A stretch of DNA of 64,000 bases from Hyphomonadaceae bacterium (GTDB taxonomy: Bacteria; Pseudomonadota; Alphaproteobacteria; Caulobacterales; Hyphomonadaceae), in assembly GCA_965279205.1 (NCBI GenBank), contig OZ257144.1:2415499-2479498 (forward strand). Reading direction: 5' to 3'. Each line of letters begins with the position of its first letter. Within the stretch, counting starts at the first letter, position 1. This document shows positions 1 to 13,863 of the stretch, one piece after another. A program made the position numbers and the translations under genes. The notes beneath the pieces were generated by a model. That model saw only the letters and a list, made by a program, of their open reading frames with translations. It was not told the origin of the DNA and searched no databases.

Positions 1-315
1 CAGGTGGTGGAACTGGTAAACGAATCCGAGCTGAATGCGTCGCGCGATGGTGCGCTCCTCATCGTTCATCGCGAGAGCGTCCCTGCCGTTGAAGGTGACT
101 GCGCCCGCATCGGGTTGCTCAAGCAATCCAGCGACGTGGAGCAACGTAGATTTACCCGAACCGGAAGGCCCGATCAGCCCTGTCATCTCACCAGCGCGAA
201 GCTCCAGGTCAACGCCGCGCAAAACGCTAAGCGTCCGATCGCCTGACTTGTAATGTCGCTCAACACCTTTGAGCGACAGCACAGGAGGTTGAGAAATGGC
301 GCTTGCAGGTTCCAT
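1..315 (-). CDS. lolD: Lipoprotein-releasing ABC transporter ATP-binding protein LolD, N-terminal 105 codons (runs off window)
   Basis: Not in ORF track. Manual translation from ATG 315..313: [105 protein letters not shown]. Walker A GPSGSGKST. ATG overlaps lolE stop (TGATG). Confidence 0.9.
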   Translation of the reverse strand, partial: MEPASAISQPPVLSLKGVERHYKSGDRTLSVLRGVDLELRAGEMTGLIGPSGSGKSTLLHVAGLLEQPDAGAVTFNGRDALAMNDEERTIARRIQLGFVYQFHHL

Positions 316-1934
316 CATTCAAACCTGAGTGCTTCGACCGGATTAAGCCGCGCAGCCCACATCGACGGGATGATCGACATGAAGAGCGTGACAAGGAAGG
401 CGGTCCCGCCCACCCATGCGACCTCACCCCATTCGAGCTGCGCCGGGAGCGCATCAAGTTGATAGATGTCAGGCGGGAACAGCTTCACGTTGAACAGCCA
501 TTCGAGGAAGTGCTGGATCGGCGCGATATAGATGGCACACACCACGCCTAGCAGCACGCCTGTGCCAACTCCGGCCATACCCAGGATGGTTCCAGTCATC
601 ATGAACACACGCACGACTCCGCCGCGCGTTGCGCCGATCGTACGCAGAATGGCGATATCACGCGCCTTGTTCTTCACGAGCATAAGCACGCCGGTGATGA
701 TGTTGAGCGCGGTAATGATGACGACAATGAACAGGATCAAGCGCATCACGTTGCGCTCGACGACCAGAGCAGTGACGTAGGTTCCGTTACGCTGGATCCA
801 GGTCTGAAGTGGGAAGGGTTTTTCCGTCGCAAGTTTGCTCGCAAAGTCATCCGCCGCATTGGGATCGTTGAGACGGACGCCAACGATCGGATAACCCTCA
901 TCATAACCGAACAGGAGCTTCGAAGCTTCGATCGGCAGGAAGGCGACATACCGGTCATAGCGCTCGTTGCCGACATGATAGAGCGCGCTGATCGTGTAGG
1001 TTTTGCTACGGGGCGCCGTGCCAACAACCGTCCGGGCGCCACTGGGCTGCGTGATGGTGACCTTGTCGCCAAGACCCACGCCGAGCGCGTAGGCGAATGC
1101 GTCACCCATCACGATGTCCGTCGACAACGCACCCTGATCACCAAAGCGATCCAGAGAGCCGGCGCCAACGGGCGTGCGCGGATAGGGAGAAATCGGATCG
1201 TCCCGCAACTTCTTGCCGGCATCGATGCTGTGCGCGATCAGCTCGTTGGCCCGAATATCCTCGGGGCGGACACCGCGGACCTGGATGCCCTCGCTGCGTC
1301 CATAGGCGGACGCAAGGCCGGTGCCTTCATGAATCGGCTCGACGCTTTTCACGCCGGGGCGTGTGCCGAGTTCCTCGATCAGCGCATCAACCTGCGGCTG
1401 GGGCACGCCTTGTGTGATGACGAACACATGCGGTTCGAAGCCGATGATCTTCGAGATCAGCTCCAGCCGAAAGCCGTTCATGATCGACATGGTGAGGATC
1501 AGCGCCCAGACGCCGAGCGTGATGCCTACCACGGAAACAACAGAGATGAACGCCAGGCCGCCATGCTCGCGCTTGGCGCCGAGATAGCGCGTGGAGAGCA
1601 TACGCTCGAACGGCCCGAAGGGCCGACGTATGACGCCCGGCGTGGAGCGCGAAAACAGCAGACCGTCGAACAGAAAATCAATGCCGGAAACGATCAGCGC
1701 GATCACCGCAACCGCCAGGAAGAACACCACCTGCGCGACCCACCAGTGCATCGTCGCGGCCATGTCACCCGGAGCAAAAAGCACCAGCGCCGCAGTAAGG
1801 AGCGCCGCCACCGCAAACCATATGACACGCCACGACCGCTTGCGCGTCACGACCTGGCCTGCGATCAAAAGAGCGCCAAGCGCCAGCCAGAGGCCGGCCA
1901 ACCAAGGTGACGCGAACAGGAGAATCTGGCTCAT
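315..1934 (-). CDS. lolE: Lipoprotein-releasing system permease LolC/LolE family (FtsX-type), with unusual N-terminal hydrophobic extension
   Basis: ORF 315..1955. Core begins [25 protein letters not shown]..., with periplasmic domain and C-terminal FtsX helices. Sits between proS and lolD. Start placed at ATG 1934 (ATGA overlap with proS stop); a conservative alternative start is ATG 1601. Confidence 0.85.
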   Translation of the reverse strand: MSQILLFASPWLAGLWLALGALLIAGQVVTRKRSWRVIWFAVAALLTAALVLFAPGDMAATMHWWVAQVVFFLAVAVIALIVSGIDFLFDGLLFSRSTPGVIRRPFGPFERMLSTRYLGAKREHGGLAFISVVSVVGITLGVWALILTMSIMNGFRLELISKIIGFEPHVFVITQGVPQPQVDALIEELGTRPGVKSVEPIHEGTGLASAYGRSEGIQVRGVRPEDIRANELIAHSIDAGKKLRDDPISPYPRTPVGAGSLDRFGDQGALSTDIVMGDAFAYALGVGLGDKVTITQPSGARTVVGTAPRSKTYTISALYHVGNERYDRYVAFLPIEASKLLFGYDEGYPIVGVRLNDPNAADDFASKLATEKPFPLQTWIQRNGTYVTALVVERNVMRLILFIVVIITALNIITGVLMLVKNKARDIAILRTIGATRGGVVRVFMMTGTILGMAGVGTGVLLGVVCAIYIAPIQHFLEWLFNVKLFPPDIYQLDALPAQLEWGEVAWVGGTAFLVTLFMSIIPSMWAARLNPVEALRFE

Positions 1935-3262
1935 CCGGCCTTCGCTGCGAGACAACGGTTGATCGCAGCTTCGAGGGTCATCTCTTCTGAGGAACCGGTC
2001 TTGCGATTGCGGAATTCGACCACACCGGCCTTCACGCCTTTGGGACCGACCACAATCAGGTCGGGCACGCCGATCAGCTCCATGGTGGAGAACTTGGCGC
2101 CGGGGCGCTCGGCTGTGTCGTCATAGAGGACGTCGACGCCAGCCTTCATCAGCTGCTCGTACGCGTTCTCGCAGACCTTGGTCACGTCGGCATCGTCGTG
2201 GCGCAAGCTGACGACAGCGGCTTCAAACGGCGCGACGGCGCGAGGCCAGATGACGCCCTTGTCGTCATGGCTCGCTTCGATAATGGCGCCGACCAGGCGC
2301 GAGACGCCGATACCGTACGAGCCCATCTCGACGGGCGCATTCTTGCCGTCCGGTCCGGTCACTTCGGCTTTCATCGGAGCTGAGTATTTCGTGCCGAAAT
2401 AGAAGATGTGGCCAACCTCAATGCCGCGCGCAGACAGGCGGCGATCCGCGGGCACTTCGCTTTCGAAGCGCGCCGCGTCGTGCATCTCTTCAGTCGCCGC
2501 ATAGAGCTTGGTGCGTTTTTCCACTTCGGGCAGCAAGTCCTGCCAGAAGTCGAGATCCTTGCCCGGGGCCGGCATGTCGACCAGCGCGCTGTCGCAGAAC
2601 ACGGCGCTCTCGCCTGTGTCAGCCAGAACGATAAACTCGTGAGAGAGGTCGCCTCCGATCGGGCCGGTGTCCGCGCGCATCGGTACGGCCTTGAGACCCA
2701 TGCGGCTGAACGTGTTCAGGTAGGCGCAGAACATCCGGTAATAGGATTGCTTCGCCGCCTCGACTGACGTGTCGAACGAATAAGCATCCTTCATCAGGAA
2801 TTCACGGCCGCGCATCACGCCGAAACGCGGACGCACCTCGTCCCGGAACTTCCACTGGATGTGATAGAGATTGAGGGGCAGCTGTTTGTACGAGCGGACA
2901 TACGAGCGGAAGATGTCGGTGATCATCTCCTCGTTCGTGGGGCCGTAGAGCATCTCGCGCTCGTGGCGGTCGACGATACGCAGCATCTCCTTGCCGTACG
3001 CATCGTAGCGGCCGCTTTCCTTCCAGAGATCAGCGCTCTGGATCGTCGGCATCAGCAGTTCGACGGCACCTGCGCGCTCCTGCTCTTCGCGAACGATCTT
3101 CTCGATCTTGTGCAGCACGCGCATACCCAGCGGCAGCCAGGAATAGATACCGGCGCCGTTCTGCTTGATCATGCCGGCGCGCAGCATCAGCTGGTGCGAC
3201 ACGATCTGCGCGTCGGCGGGCGCCTCCTTGAGGGCCGGCAGGAAGTAACGGGAAAGACGCAT
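1931..3262 (-). CDS. proS: Proline--tRNA ligase (alpha-type, about 443 aa)
   Basis: ORF 1931..3328. Start chosen at [32 protein letters not shown], the typical ProRS N-terminus. Class II aaRS motifs are present throughout. Confidence 0.95.
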   Translation of the reverse strand: MRLSRYFLPALKEAPADAQIVSHQLMLRAGMIKQNGAGIYSWLPLGMRVLHKIEKIVREEQERAGAVELLMPTIQSADLWKESGRYDAYGKEMLRIVDRHEREMLYGPTNEEMITDIFRSYVRSYKQLPLNLYHIQWKFRDEVRPRFGVMRGREFLMKDAYSFDTSVEAAKQSYYRMFCAYLNTFSRMGLKAVPMRADTGPIGGDLSHEFIVLADTGESAVFCDSALVDMPAPGKDLDFWQDLLPEVEKRTKLYAATEEMHDAARFESEVPADRRLSARGIEVGHIFYFGTKYSAPMKAEVTGPDGKNAPVEMGSYGIGVSRLVGAIIEASHDDKGVIWPRAVAPFEAAVVSLRHDDADVTKVCENAYEQLMKAGVDVLYDDTAERPGAKFSTMELIGVPDLIVVGPKGVKAGVVEFRNRKTGSSEEMTLEAAINRCLAAKAG

Positions 3263-3344
3263 TATAGGCCCTGAAAACGGCGGTGCAGACGATGTCAGGC
3301 TGATAGCCGCCCCGGCGTACCGGCGCAATGAGGCTGGACTTGGG

Positions 3345-3596
3345 CTAGAGCCTTGGAATCATGAAATCCAGCCAGTGCATGTAGAGCGCTAGCCAGACAA
3401 GGAAAGTGACCGCCGCAGCCCCTGCCGTTGCGAACATGAGCTTCGGCAGGAAGCGCACCTTTTCAGGCGCCGCCCGGTCCGTTCCGGGAATCACCTCGCC
3501 GGCTTCATGCTGGCTGCGCGTACCCGCTGACAGCACGGGCAGAAAAAACAGCCACCACGCGCCGACGAAAACAACGATGCCTTCGAAAATGCCCAT
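3345..3596 (-). CDS. Small membrane protein, DUF1467-like
   Basis: 83 aa with two hydrophobic helices flanking a charged loop. Occupies the conserved position between mce and proS seen in alphaproteobacteria. Confidence 0.6.
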   Translation of the reverse strand: MGIFEGIVVFVGAWWLFFLPVLSAGTRSQHEAGEVIPGTDRAAPEKVRFLPKLMFATAGAAAVTFLVWLALYMHWLDFMIPRL

Positions 3597-3605
3597 TGGG
3601 CGACC

Positions 3606-4025
3606 CTAGTGGTGGCCCTTCGGCGTTTCCATGAGTTCGATCAGCACACCGTCCGAGTCCTTGGGATGGATGAAGATGACCAGCGTGCCATGGGCGCCAA
3701 TGCGTGGCTCGCCCAGAACCTTTGCGCCCTTCCTCTCCATGTCCGCTTTGGCTTCATGGATATCGGGCACTTCGAAGCAGACATGGTGCTGTCCGCCCTT
3801 CGGGTTCTTCTCAAGGAAGTTGATGATCGGCGACTTCTCGCCCAGCGGCTCGATGATCTCGAGCTGAGTGTTCGGCAGGTTGATGAACCCGACACGCACG
3901 CCCTGCGCGGGCATGTCGAACGGTTGCACGAACTCGGTCGCGCCGTAGAGCGTACGATAGGTCTCGAACGTCTTTTCGATCGACGGCACCGCGATGCCGA
4001 TATGGTTCATGCGTCCGATCGTCAT
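3606..4025 (-). CDS. mce: Methylmalonyl-CoA epimerase (VOC/glyoxalase fold)
   Basis: 139 aa. GRMNHIGIAVPSIEK...GGQHHVCFEV..., the typical epimerase pattern and size. Confidence 0.85.
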   Translation of the reverse strand: MTIGRMNHIGIAVPSIEKTFETYRTLYGATEFVQPFDMPAQGVRVGFINLPNTQLEIIEPLGEKSPIINFLEKNPKGGQHHVCFEVPDIHEAKADMERKGAKVLGEPRIGAHGTLVIFIHPKDSDGVLIELMETPKGHH

Positions 4026-4041
4026 GTCGTCCCGTCCTTGC

Positions 4042-5703
4042 CTAGATCCTGTGTATCGTCACATCGACCAGCGGGCGCTTGCCGAACTGCACCTCGGCCG
4101 CCCGGCGCACGGCCTTCGCCAATGCCTTCTCGACCTTTTCGTCGTTCGCGAGGTCGCCCTTCTTCAGCCCATCGATCGCGGCCTCGGCTGCGTCATCGAT
4201 CGACTCCATGGACTCATCCGCTGGGCGGCCATCGGGCTCGGAGAAGCCGCGACCGACAATGATCGGACCGTCCTCCACCTTGCCCTTGCCGATCACCACG
4301 CTGACAGCAAGGTGGCCGTTCCACGCCATCTTGCGGCGCTCCCACATACCGCCGGCCTTGTCGGGCGTCAGCACCTCACCATCGACATGCAGCCGCCCCG
4401 CTGGAACCTGATCAATCACCTCGACCGGACCTGGCGCCAGGCGAATGATGTCACCGTTGTCCGGTGTGATCGCCTCAGGCACCTGCAGCGACCGCGCAAA
4501 GCGTGCGTGCTCGAAAATGTGCCGGCGCTCGCCGTGTACCGGAACGCTGATCTTTGGCTTCGCCCAGGCATACATGCGGCGCAGCTCGTCGCGGCAAGGG
4601 TGACCTGACACGTGAATGTCGAACTGGCGTGATGTGACGAGGCGAATGCTGCGTTCGGCAAGCTGGTTCTGGATCTCGCCGATTGCACGCTCGTTGCCAG
4701 GAATGACACGTGACGAGAAGATGACGGTATCGCCTTCGCCAAGCTTCACGGACGGATGATCGCCGCGAGCAATCCGCGCCAGTGCGGCGTTGGGTTCACC
4801 CTGGCTGCCGGTGCAGAGATAGAGCACGTGCTGGTGCGGAAGATCGGCCGCGTCGTCAGGCGCGATGAAATCAAAACCCTTAAGCAAGCCAACCGACTGC
4901 GCCGCGCCAACGATGCGCAGCATGGACCGGCCGACAAGACAGACGGAACGGTCGTTAGCCCGCGCCGCCTCGCATGCCGACTGCACACGCGCGACGTTGG
5001 ACGCGAACGACGTGATCGCCACGCGACCCGTCTGTTCAGCAACGGCCTGGATCAGCGCCAGCCGCGCACTTCCTTCGGATCCCGCCTCGCCTTCCTCGAA
5101 CACGTTGGTCGAGTCGCAGACCATGGCGAGGATGCCCTCATTGCCCAGCTGCTCGATCTTCGCCTGGTCGAAATCTTCACCGATGATCGGATCCGGATCG
5201 ATCTTCCAGTCACCCGTGTGAAGGATCATGCCAAGCGGCGTACGGATCGCGAGGCCATTCGGCTCAGGGATGGAGTGCGTCAGCGTCACCATCTCGATCT
5301 CGAATGGACCGAACTGGCGTTTCTCGCGCAGCTGCATGATGCGGAGCTCAGCTTCGTCTTCAAGGCCGCGCTCGCGCAACTTTTCGGCGACCAGATAGGC
5401 TGTGAACGGTGTCGCATAGATCGGCGCACGCAGGCGCGGCCACAGCCATCCGATGGCGCCGATATGGTCTTCGTGCGCATGGGTGAGGATGATCGCTTCG
5501 ATCTGGTCAGCGATGCCTTCGAGATAGACCGGATCCGGCATGATGAGATCGACACCAGGCGTCGTGTCGTCTCCGAACGTCACGCCGACATCGACCACGA
5601 TCCAGCGCCGGTTATCCGGCGGGCCGTAGCCATACGCGTTGAGGTTCATACCGATTTCGCGACAGCCGCCGAGCGGCGCAAAGATGAGTTCGGCGCCCTT
5701 CAT
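4042..5703 (-). CDS. rnj: Ribonuclease J (metallo-beta-lactamase / beta-CASP family)
   Basis: 553 aa with the HxHxDH motif (THAHEDHIG). beta-CASP architecture. Start overlaps coaX stop (ATGA). Confidence 0.9.
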   Translation of the reverse strand: MKGAELIFAPLGGCREIGMNLNAYGYGPPDNRRWIVVDVGVTFGDDTTPGVDLIMPDPVYLEGIADQIEAIILTHAHEDHIGAIGWLWPRLRAPIYATPFTAYLVAEKLRERGLEDEAELRIMQLREKRQFGPFEIEMVTLTHSIPEPNGLAIRTPLGMILHTGDWKIDPDPIIGEDFDQAKIEQLGNEGILAMVCDSTNVFEEGEAGSEGSARLALIQAVAEQTGRVAITSFASNVARVQSACEAARANDRSVCLVGRSMLRIVGAAQSVGLLKGFDFIAPDDAADLPHQHVLYLCTGSQGEPNAALARIARGDHPSVKLGEGDTVIFSSRVIPGNERAIGEIQNQLAERSIRLVTSRQFDIHVSGHPCRDELRRMYAWAKPKISVPVHGERRHIFEHARFARSLQVPEAITPDNGDIIRLAPGPVEVIDQVPAGRLHVDGEVLTPDKAGGMWERRKMAWNGHLAVSVVIGKGKVEDGPIIVGRGFSEPDGRPADESMESIDDAAEAAIDGLKKGDLANDEKVEKALAKAVRRAAEVQFGKRPLVDVTIHRI

Positions 5704-6488
5704 TTCAGCTCTTTGGCTGCGTTGGCGACGTTGCGGTCGTAAAGAATGCGAAGCCCCTTGATGGTGATGTCGCTGTCGAAATGGTCGATTTTGGTCGCGG
5801 CGCCCTCGAAGAGGGAGGCCACGCCACCGGTTGCGATGACTGTCATGGGGTGGCCGTACTCGGTCTTGATGCGTTCGACCAGCCCGTCGATCAGGTCGAT
5901 ATAGCCCCAGAACACGCCGGACTGCATGGCCATGACCGTGTCCGTGCCAATCACCTTCTCCGGCTTCTGGATTGCGACACGCGGCAATTTAGCCGCAGCC
6001 TCGTGCAGCGCCTTCATCGACAGGTTGATGCCCGGTGCGATGATGCCGCCCTGGAATGACCCATCTGCGCCCACAATGTCGAACGTCGTCGCCGTGCCGC
6101 TGTCGATCACGATCAGAGCGCCCGGATAGCTGCCGTGAGACCCTACCGCGTTCACGAGACGATCAGCGCCGACCTCGCTCGGCTTGGGGATCGTCACCTT
6201 CACACCGAGGTCGACATTCTCACCCACCACGAACGGTTCGACGTTGAGATAGCGACGAGCAAGATTGCGCTGGTTGAACAGGGACTGCGGCACAACCGTC
6301 GAGATGATGCAATCATCAATCTGCGAAAGGCTGAGGTTGCTGAGTTCCATGAGCTGCGACAGCCAAACGGCATAGTCATCGGCCGTCTTGGTCATGTCGG
6401 TGGCGCTGCGCCACTGTGCTCGCCATTCCTTGCCGTCGTGCACGGCGAAGAGTGTGTTGGTGTTGCCTGTGTCGATCGCCAGCAGCAT
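5700..6488 (-). CDS. coaX: Type III pantothenate kinase
   Basis: 262 aa. N-terminus [21 protein letters not shown]-fold motifs, about 260 aa as expected. Confidence 0.9.
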   Translation of the reverse strand: MLLAIDTGNTNTLFAVHDGKEWRAQWRSATDMTKTADDYAVWLSQLMELSNLSLSQIDDCIISTVVPQSLFNQRNLARRYLNVEPFVVGENVDLGVKVTIPKPSEVGADRLVNAVGSHGSYPGALIVIDSGTATTFDIVGADGSFQGGIIAPGINLSMKALHEAAAKLPRVAIQKPEKVIGTDTVMAMQSGVFWGYIDLIDGLVERIKTEYGHPMTVIATGGVASLFEGAATKIDHFDSDITIKGLRILYDRNVANAAKELK

Positions 6489-6511
6489 GCGCCGCTCCCT
6501 GGAGCCCCGAA

Positions 6512-7264
6512 CTAACCCAATACCGAGATTTCGCCCGCGCGAACATGGGTTTCCGCGCCGCTGTCGAGCTTCACGATCAGAGCGCCATCCTCGGCAAGCC
6601 CCGTCATCACGCCCTCAATACGGCCTGAGGCGGGCGTCAACTCCACCCGGGCGCCCAGATATGCGGCATTCGCAAGCCAGTCTGAGCGAGTTGGGCCGAA
6701 GCCTTCGCTCAGCAGGTGGTAAACTCGCGCGCGGAAAGCGATGTCGAGTGATGCCAGCAGCCGTTGCGCGGTTAGATCAGACCCGCCCGTAAGAGCCGTT
6801 AAGCATGATGTTTGCCGGTCAGCTCGCTCAGGCGCGACTTCAACATTCACGCCGAAGCCCGCCGCCATCCAGAGTCGGCCATGGATGGATCCCGTCTCAA
6901 TCAGGATCCCCGCCAGCTTCGCCGGGCCGACGAGAACGTCGTTCGGCCATTTCAGCTTCATCTGCGAGACGTCGACACCGTTGGCGCGCGCCGCATCGAT
7001 GACGGCGAGACCGGCAGAGAAACAGGCAAGCGCGGCTTCGGCCGGGCCGCGCGGATACGGCAACAGCGCGGTTGCATAGAGATTGCCGCGCGGCGAAGAC
7101 CATTGCCGCCCCAGCCTGCCCCTGCCCGCTGTCTGCGCGGCCGTGACCAACCAGCAAGGGCCGACATCGTCAGCCTGCGCCCGGCGGCGTGCTTCCTCGT
7201 TGGTTGAATCGATTTCGTCGAACCGGATGGCCGGCCAGGCGCTCGAGAGTGTTTCGAGCGTCAT
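6512..7264 (-). CDS. birA: Biotin--[acetyl-CoA-carboxylase] ligase (class I, no HTH)
   Basis: 250 aa. [10 protein letters not shown]...[17 protein letters not shown] motif (GRGRxGRxW). Confidence 0.9.
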   Translation of the reverse strand: MTLETLSSAWPAIRFDEIDSTNEEARRRAQADDVGPCWLVTAAQTAGRGRLGRQWSSPRGNLYATALLPYPRGPAEAALACFSAGLAVIDAARANGVDVSQMKLKWPNDVLVGPAKLAGILIETGSIHGRLWMAAGFGVNVEVAPERADRQTSCLTALTGGSDLTAQRLLASLDIAFRARVYHLLSEGFGPTRSDWLANAAYLGARVELTPASGRIEGVMTGLAEDGALIVKLDSGAETHVRAGEISVLG

Positions 7265-7270
7265 CGCACT

Positions 7271-8710
7271 CTAGCCAGCCGCGGCGAGGTTGGCCGTGGT
7301 CAGCAGCATCTGGATGGTGATCGTCAGCACCGGGAACATCAGGATCGAGGTCGCGAACACTGTCGCGCCAACACTGACATCCGTGCGGTCCAGCGGCTCG
7401 CCCGGCGGCTTCATCATCATCGCCCACACAAGGCGCAGATAGTAGCCGAGTGACACAACGCTGGAGAGAGCGCCAACCAGAACCAGCCACAGCATGTCGG
7501 CCTCGAAGCCGGCGGTGAACACCTGCAGCTTGCCCCAGAAGCCGGCGGCCGGAGGAATGCCAGCCACCGAGAAGATCAGGATGATGAGCCCAAGCGCCAT
7601 ACCCGGCTTCAGCTTGCCGAGACCGTTGAGATCCGACACCTGGTCGATCGCAACGCCATTGCGACGCAGGGCAAGCACGCCGCCGAACATGCCAAGCGTC
7701 GCGACAACGTAGAGCGTCATGTAGACCAGCACGGCGGCCGCGCCGTCTTCCGCACCTGCCGCGATACCAATCAGCGCAAAGCCAACGTTGGAGATCGAGG
7801 AATAGGCGAGAATGCGTTTGATGCTGTTCTGCATCAGCGCGCCGAACGCGCCGATCAGCATGGAGAGCGCCGAAATAATGGCGATGATCTGCTGCCAGGA
7901 GGCTTCGTGCGGGCCGAAGGTGGTGAACATCACATGCGCGAGCAGCGCGACTGCTGCGATCTTGGGCGCGGTCGAGAAGAAGGCCACGACCGGAGCGGGG
8001 GCGCCTTCGTAGACGTCTGGCGTCCAGATGTGGAAGGGCGCAGCCGAAGCCTTGAAAGCCAAGCCGCAGATCACGAACACCAGACCGAAGATCAGGCCCA
8101 CGGAGACCGGCGCTGCCGCAATGACAGGGAAACCCGTGCCGCCCGTGAAGCCATAGATCAGCGACGAACCGTAGAGCAGCAAACCTGAGGCCAGTGCGCC
8201 AAGCACGAAATACTTGAGGCCAGCCTCAGCCGATTTCAGACTGTCCCGCCGGAATGCAGCCAGCACGTAGGACGACAAGCTCAGCGTCTCGAGGCCGACA
8301 TAGAGCGTCATCAGGTCGTTCGCCGACAGCATCATGCCCGCGCCCATTGAGGCGAACACGATCAGAAGCGAATATTCGTAGCGCTCCATCTGTGCGGTCT
8401 TGAGGAAGCCGCCGGACATGAACAGGGCCAGCGCTCCCAGAGCGTAGGTGGCCGCCTTGGCGAACAGCACAAAGGGCGTGACCTTGTAGAGGCCGTTGGG
8501 CGACAGCGCGCTCTTGAACGCTTCAGCATCGCCCTGGTTGAACTGCACCACGGCAACAGCAGCCGCAGCCGCCAGCGCGACAGCTGCCAGCACTCTCAGC
8601 AGGCCGGAGATCCGGTCCCCACCGATTGCGCCCAGCAGCAGGCCGCCAAGTCCGAACGCGGCGAGGATCGCTTCTGGCAGGGCAATCTGGATGTCGGATA
8701 GGAAATCCAT
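7271..8710 (-). CDS. nuoN: NADH-quinone oxidoreductase subunit N
   Basis: 479 aa polytopic antiporter-like subunit, last gene of the nuo operon. Confidence 0.95.
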   Translation of the reverse strand: MDFLSDIQIALPEAILAAFGLGGLLLGAIGGDRISGLLRVLAAVALAAAAAVAVVQFNQGDAEAFKSALSPNGLYKVTPFVLFAKAATYALGALALFMSGGFLKTAQMERYEYSLLIVFASMGAGMMLSANDLMTLYVGLETLSLSSYVLAAFRRDSLKSAEAGLKYFVLGALASGLLLYGSSLIYGFTGGTGFPVIAAAPVSVGLIFGLVFVICGLAFKASAAPFHIWTPDVYEGAPAPVVAFFSTAPKIAAVALLAHVMFTTFGPHEASWQQIIAIISALSMLIGAFGALMQNSIKRILAYSSISNVGFALIGIAAGAEDGAAAVLVYMTLYVVATLGMFGGVLALRRNGVAIDQVSDLNGLGKLKPGMALGLIILIFSVAGIPPAAGFWGKLQVFTAGFEADMLWLVLVGALSSVVSLGYYLRLVWAMMMKPPGEPLDRTDVSVGATVFATSILMFPVLTITIQMLLTTANLAAAG

Positions 8711-8719
8711 GGCGAGCTC

Positions 8720-10221
8720 CTACTTCCCGATCATCTGGAGGACGCTCATGGTCGACTGCTTGGTCAGGTCGAACACGAGCGACGGGAAGACGCCGAGCAC
8801 CAGCGTGCTGATCGCGAGAATGCCGAGAATGAAGAACTCGGCAGCCGTGACATCCTTGATGTCGAACAGCTTCTCGTTGGTCAGCTCACCAAACACGGCG
8901 TTGCGGTAAAGGGTAAGCATATAGACGGCAGAAAGAATGACGCCGAGCGCCGCGCCGGCCGCGGCCCAGGTCGAGGCCTGGAAGCCGCCGACCATGGTGA
9001 GAATCTCGCCGACGAAGCCCGACGTGCCCGGCAGGCCGACGTTGGCCATCGAGAACAGCATGAACAGCGCAGCATAGACTGGCATGCGGTGAACGAGGCC
9101 GCCGTAGAAGGCGATCTCGCGCGTGTGCATGCGGTCGTAAATAACGCCGACGCAGAAGAAGAGCGCACCCGAGATCACGCCGTGCGAGATCATCTGATAA
9201 ATCGCGCCCTGGATACCGATCTCGTTGAACGAGAAGATACCGAGCGTCACGAAACCCATGTGCGCTACAGACGAATACGCCACCAGCTTCTTGATGTCGG
9301 TCTGCCGGAAGGCGACCAGCGACGCGTAGATGATCGCGATCACACTGAGCGCAAACATCAGCGGCTGGAACAGCAGCGACGCTTCCGGGAACATCGGCAG
9401 CGAGAACCGCAGGAAGCCGTAGCCGCCCATCTTGAGCAGAACGGCGGCCAGTACGACCGAGCCCGCCGTCGGCGCTTCGACGTGCGCGTCGGGCAACCAC
9501 GTGTGCACCGGCCACATCGGCAGCTTCACTGCGAACGATGCAAAGAAGGCCAACCACAGCCAGGTCTGGACGTCCGGCGCGAAGAAAATCTCGCCCGTTT
9601 GCGGGTTCACGCCAGCCTGCAACACCTCGACATCCGTCGTGCCTGCGACCGTATACATGTAGACCAGCGCGGCGAGCAGCAGCAGCGATCCAAGCAGCGT
9701 GTAGAGGAAGAACTTGAATGCGGCGTAGAGTCGGTTCTTGCCGCCCCAGATTCCGATGATCAGGAACATCGGGATCAGGCCGCCTTCGAAGAACACGTAG
9801 AACAAGACCATGTCCAGCGAGCAGAACACGCCGATCATCAACGTCTCGAGCACGAGGAAGGCGATCATGTAGTCCGCCAGCCGGTCCTCGATCGATTTCA
9901 TCGACTGCAGGATGCAGAGCGGCGTCAGAGCCGTGGTCAGCACGACCAGCGAGATCGCAAGACCGTCAACGCCCAGCTTGTAGGACGAGCCACTGAACCA
10001 CGGAATGTTCTCGACCAGCTGATAGCCGGGCGCCGTCGGGCTGAAGCCGGACAGCGCGATCAGAGACGCCGCCAACGCAGCGATCGACGCCAGCAGGGCG
10101 ATGCCCTTGGAAGCGCCCGCAGCGGCATTGGCGCCGCCGACAACGCGGAAACCCAGGATCAGCAACGCCCCGACCAGCGGGAGGTAGGCGGTGATGGAGA
10201 GGATTGGCAGGCCCGACATCA

Positions 10222-10222
<1 letters not shown>
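8720..10222 (-). CDS. nuoM: NADH-quinone oxidoreductase subunit M
   Basis: ORF 8720..10606. Start trimmed to [18 protein letters not shown] at 10222, which overlaps the nuoL stop (TGATG). The upstream part of the ORF lies inside nuoL in another frame. Confidence 0.95.
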
Positions 10223-12336
<2,114 letters not shown>

Positions 12337-12353
12337 GCCCCTTGCTCCCTTTC

Positions 12354-12671
12354 CTAGCCGCGCAGCACGTTGACGTCTTCCACGGCGATCTCTCCGCGAT
12401 TGCGGAAGTAGACGACGAGGATCGCGAGGCCGACTGCGGCCTCCGCGGCGGCGACCGTCAAGACGAGCATGGCGAAAACCTGCCCGATGATGTTGCCGTT
12501 GAAGACAGAGAACGCGACGAGGTTGATGTTGACCGAGAGAAGGATCAGCTCGATCGACATCAGGATAACGATGATGTTCTTGCGGTTCACGAAGATCCCG
12601 AAGACGCCGATGGTGAACAGCGCCGCAGAGACCGCGAGATAGTGGCCGAGGGTAAGGTCAAGACCCGCCAT
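12354..12671 (-). CDS. nuoK: NADH-quinone oxidoreductase subunit K
   Basis: 105 aa, 3 TM helices, conserved position. Confidence 0.95.
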   Translation of the reverse strand: MAGLDLTLGHYLAVSAALFTIGVFGIFVNRKNIIVILMSIELILLSVNINLVAFSVFNGNIIGQVFAMLVLTVAAAEAAVGLAILVVYFRNRGEIAVEDVNVLRG

Positions 12672-12687
12672 GATCAGATCCCCACTC

Positions 12688-13281
12688 TCATATGCCTTGG
12701 CCCGGACGCACGTCCTTGAGTTCGACGGCGTCCTTACGTTTGCGTCCGGTCTGCTGCGCGATGTTCTGGCGCTTGACGTGTGGCCTGGAGCGCAGAGTCA
12801 GCACGATGGCGCCGATCATAGCCACCAGCAGCACGATGCCCGACATCTGGAACAGCAGCAGATAGTCTGTGTAGAGAACCTTCGAAATGGCTTCGGCGTT
12901 GGTTGCCGCGCCAGGGTTCGGATTGAACTCGGCCCCGCCGCCGAAGGTCGCGGCAGCCGCCACGATGCCGATCTCGGCCAGCAGCGACGCCCCGATGATC
13001 AGGCCAAGCGGCATGTAATTGAGAAAGCCTTGCTTCAGCTCGACGAAGTCGACGTCGAGCATCATCACGACGAACAGGAACAGCACCGCTACGGCGCCGA
13101 CATAGACGACGACCAGCAGCATCGCGAGGAATTCGGCGCCAATCAGAACCAGCAGACCCGCCGACGTGAAGAACGCCGAGATCAGCCAGAGCACGGAGTG
13201 CACTGGATTGCGCGCCGCGACGACGAACAGCGCCGACAGTACGACAATCGTCGAGAGGATATAGAAAGCGATCAGCGCCAT
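12688..13281 (-). CDS. nuoJ: NADH-quinone oxidoreductase subunit J
   Basis: 197 aa, hydrophobic, conserved position. Confidence 0.9.
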   Translation of the reverse strand: MALIAFYILSTIVVLSALFVVAARNPVHSVLWLISAFFTSAGLLVLIGAEFLAMLLVVVYVGAVAVLFLFVVMMLDVDFVELKQGFLNYMPLGLIIGASLLAEIGIVAAAATFGGGAEFNPNPGAATNAEAISKVLYTDYLLLFQMSGIVLLVAMIGAIVLTLRSRPHVKRQNIAQQTGRKRKDAVELKDVRPGQGI

Positions 13282-13376
13282 GTCCTAGCCTCCCTCTTCC
13301 TTGGTCCAAAAGCGCCCCGGATGGGGCCACTGAGAAATCCGTAAGGCTCGGCTCGCCGTGGCGAAGCCGCGCCCTT

Positions 13377-13862
13377 CTATCTGTAGCGCGCGTCCAGTTC
13401 CAGATTGCGGGCGATCTCGCGTTCCCAGCGATCACCGTTCTCCAGCAGACGGTCCTTGTCGTAGTAGAGTTCCTCGCGCGTTTCCGTCGCGAACTCGAAG
13501 TTCGGTCCCTCGACGATGGCGTCCACCGGGCAGGCTTCCTGGCAGAAGCCGCAGTAGATGCATTTCACCATGTCGATGTCGTAGCGAGTCGTGCGGCGCG
13601 ATCCGTCTTCGCGCGGCTCGGCCTCGATCGTGATGGCTTGCGCCGGGCATATGGCTTCGCACAGCTTGCAAGCGATGCAGCGCTCTTCGCCGTTCGGATA
13701 GCGGCGAAGCGCATGCTCGCCACGGAAGCGCGGAGACAGCGGGCCTTTCTCGAACGGATAGTTGATTGTGTACTTGCGCGTGAAGAACTGGCGCATGGAC
13801 AGGAAGAAGGCGCCGACGAAGTCGGTCAGCAGCGCGCCCTTGATGGCTTGGCCGATCGACAT
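13377..13862 (-). CDS. nuoI: NADH-quinone oxidoreductase subunit I (2x[4Fe-4S] ferredoxin)
   Basis: 161 aa with two CxxCxxCxxxCP motifs ([24 protein letters not shown]). Confidence 0.95.
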   Translation of the reverse strand: MSIGQAIKGALLTDFVGAFFLSMRQFFTRKYTINYPFEKGPLSPRFRGEHALRRYPNGEERCIACKLCEAICPAQAITIEAEPREDGSRRTTRYDIDMVKCIYCGFCQEACPVDAIVEGPNFEFATETREELYYDKDRLLENGDRWEREIARNLELDARYR

Positions 13863-13863
13863 G

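Noticed and set aside
13313-13327. GCCCC-ATCC-GGGGC hairpin followed by GCTTTTGG (minus strand) in the 95-nt nuoI-nuoJ spacer, a possible internal attenuator of the nuo operon.
   Set aside because: The stem is only 5 bp and the gene order requires read-through. It is more likely an mRNA-stabilising or fortuitous structure.
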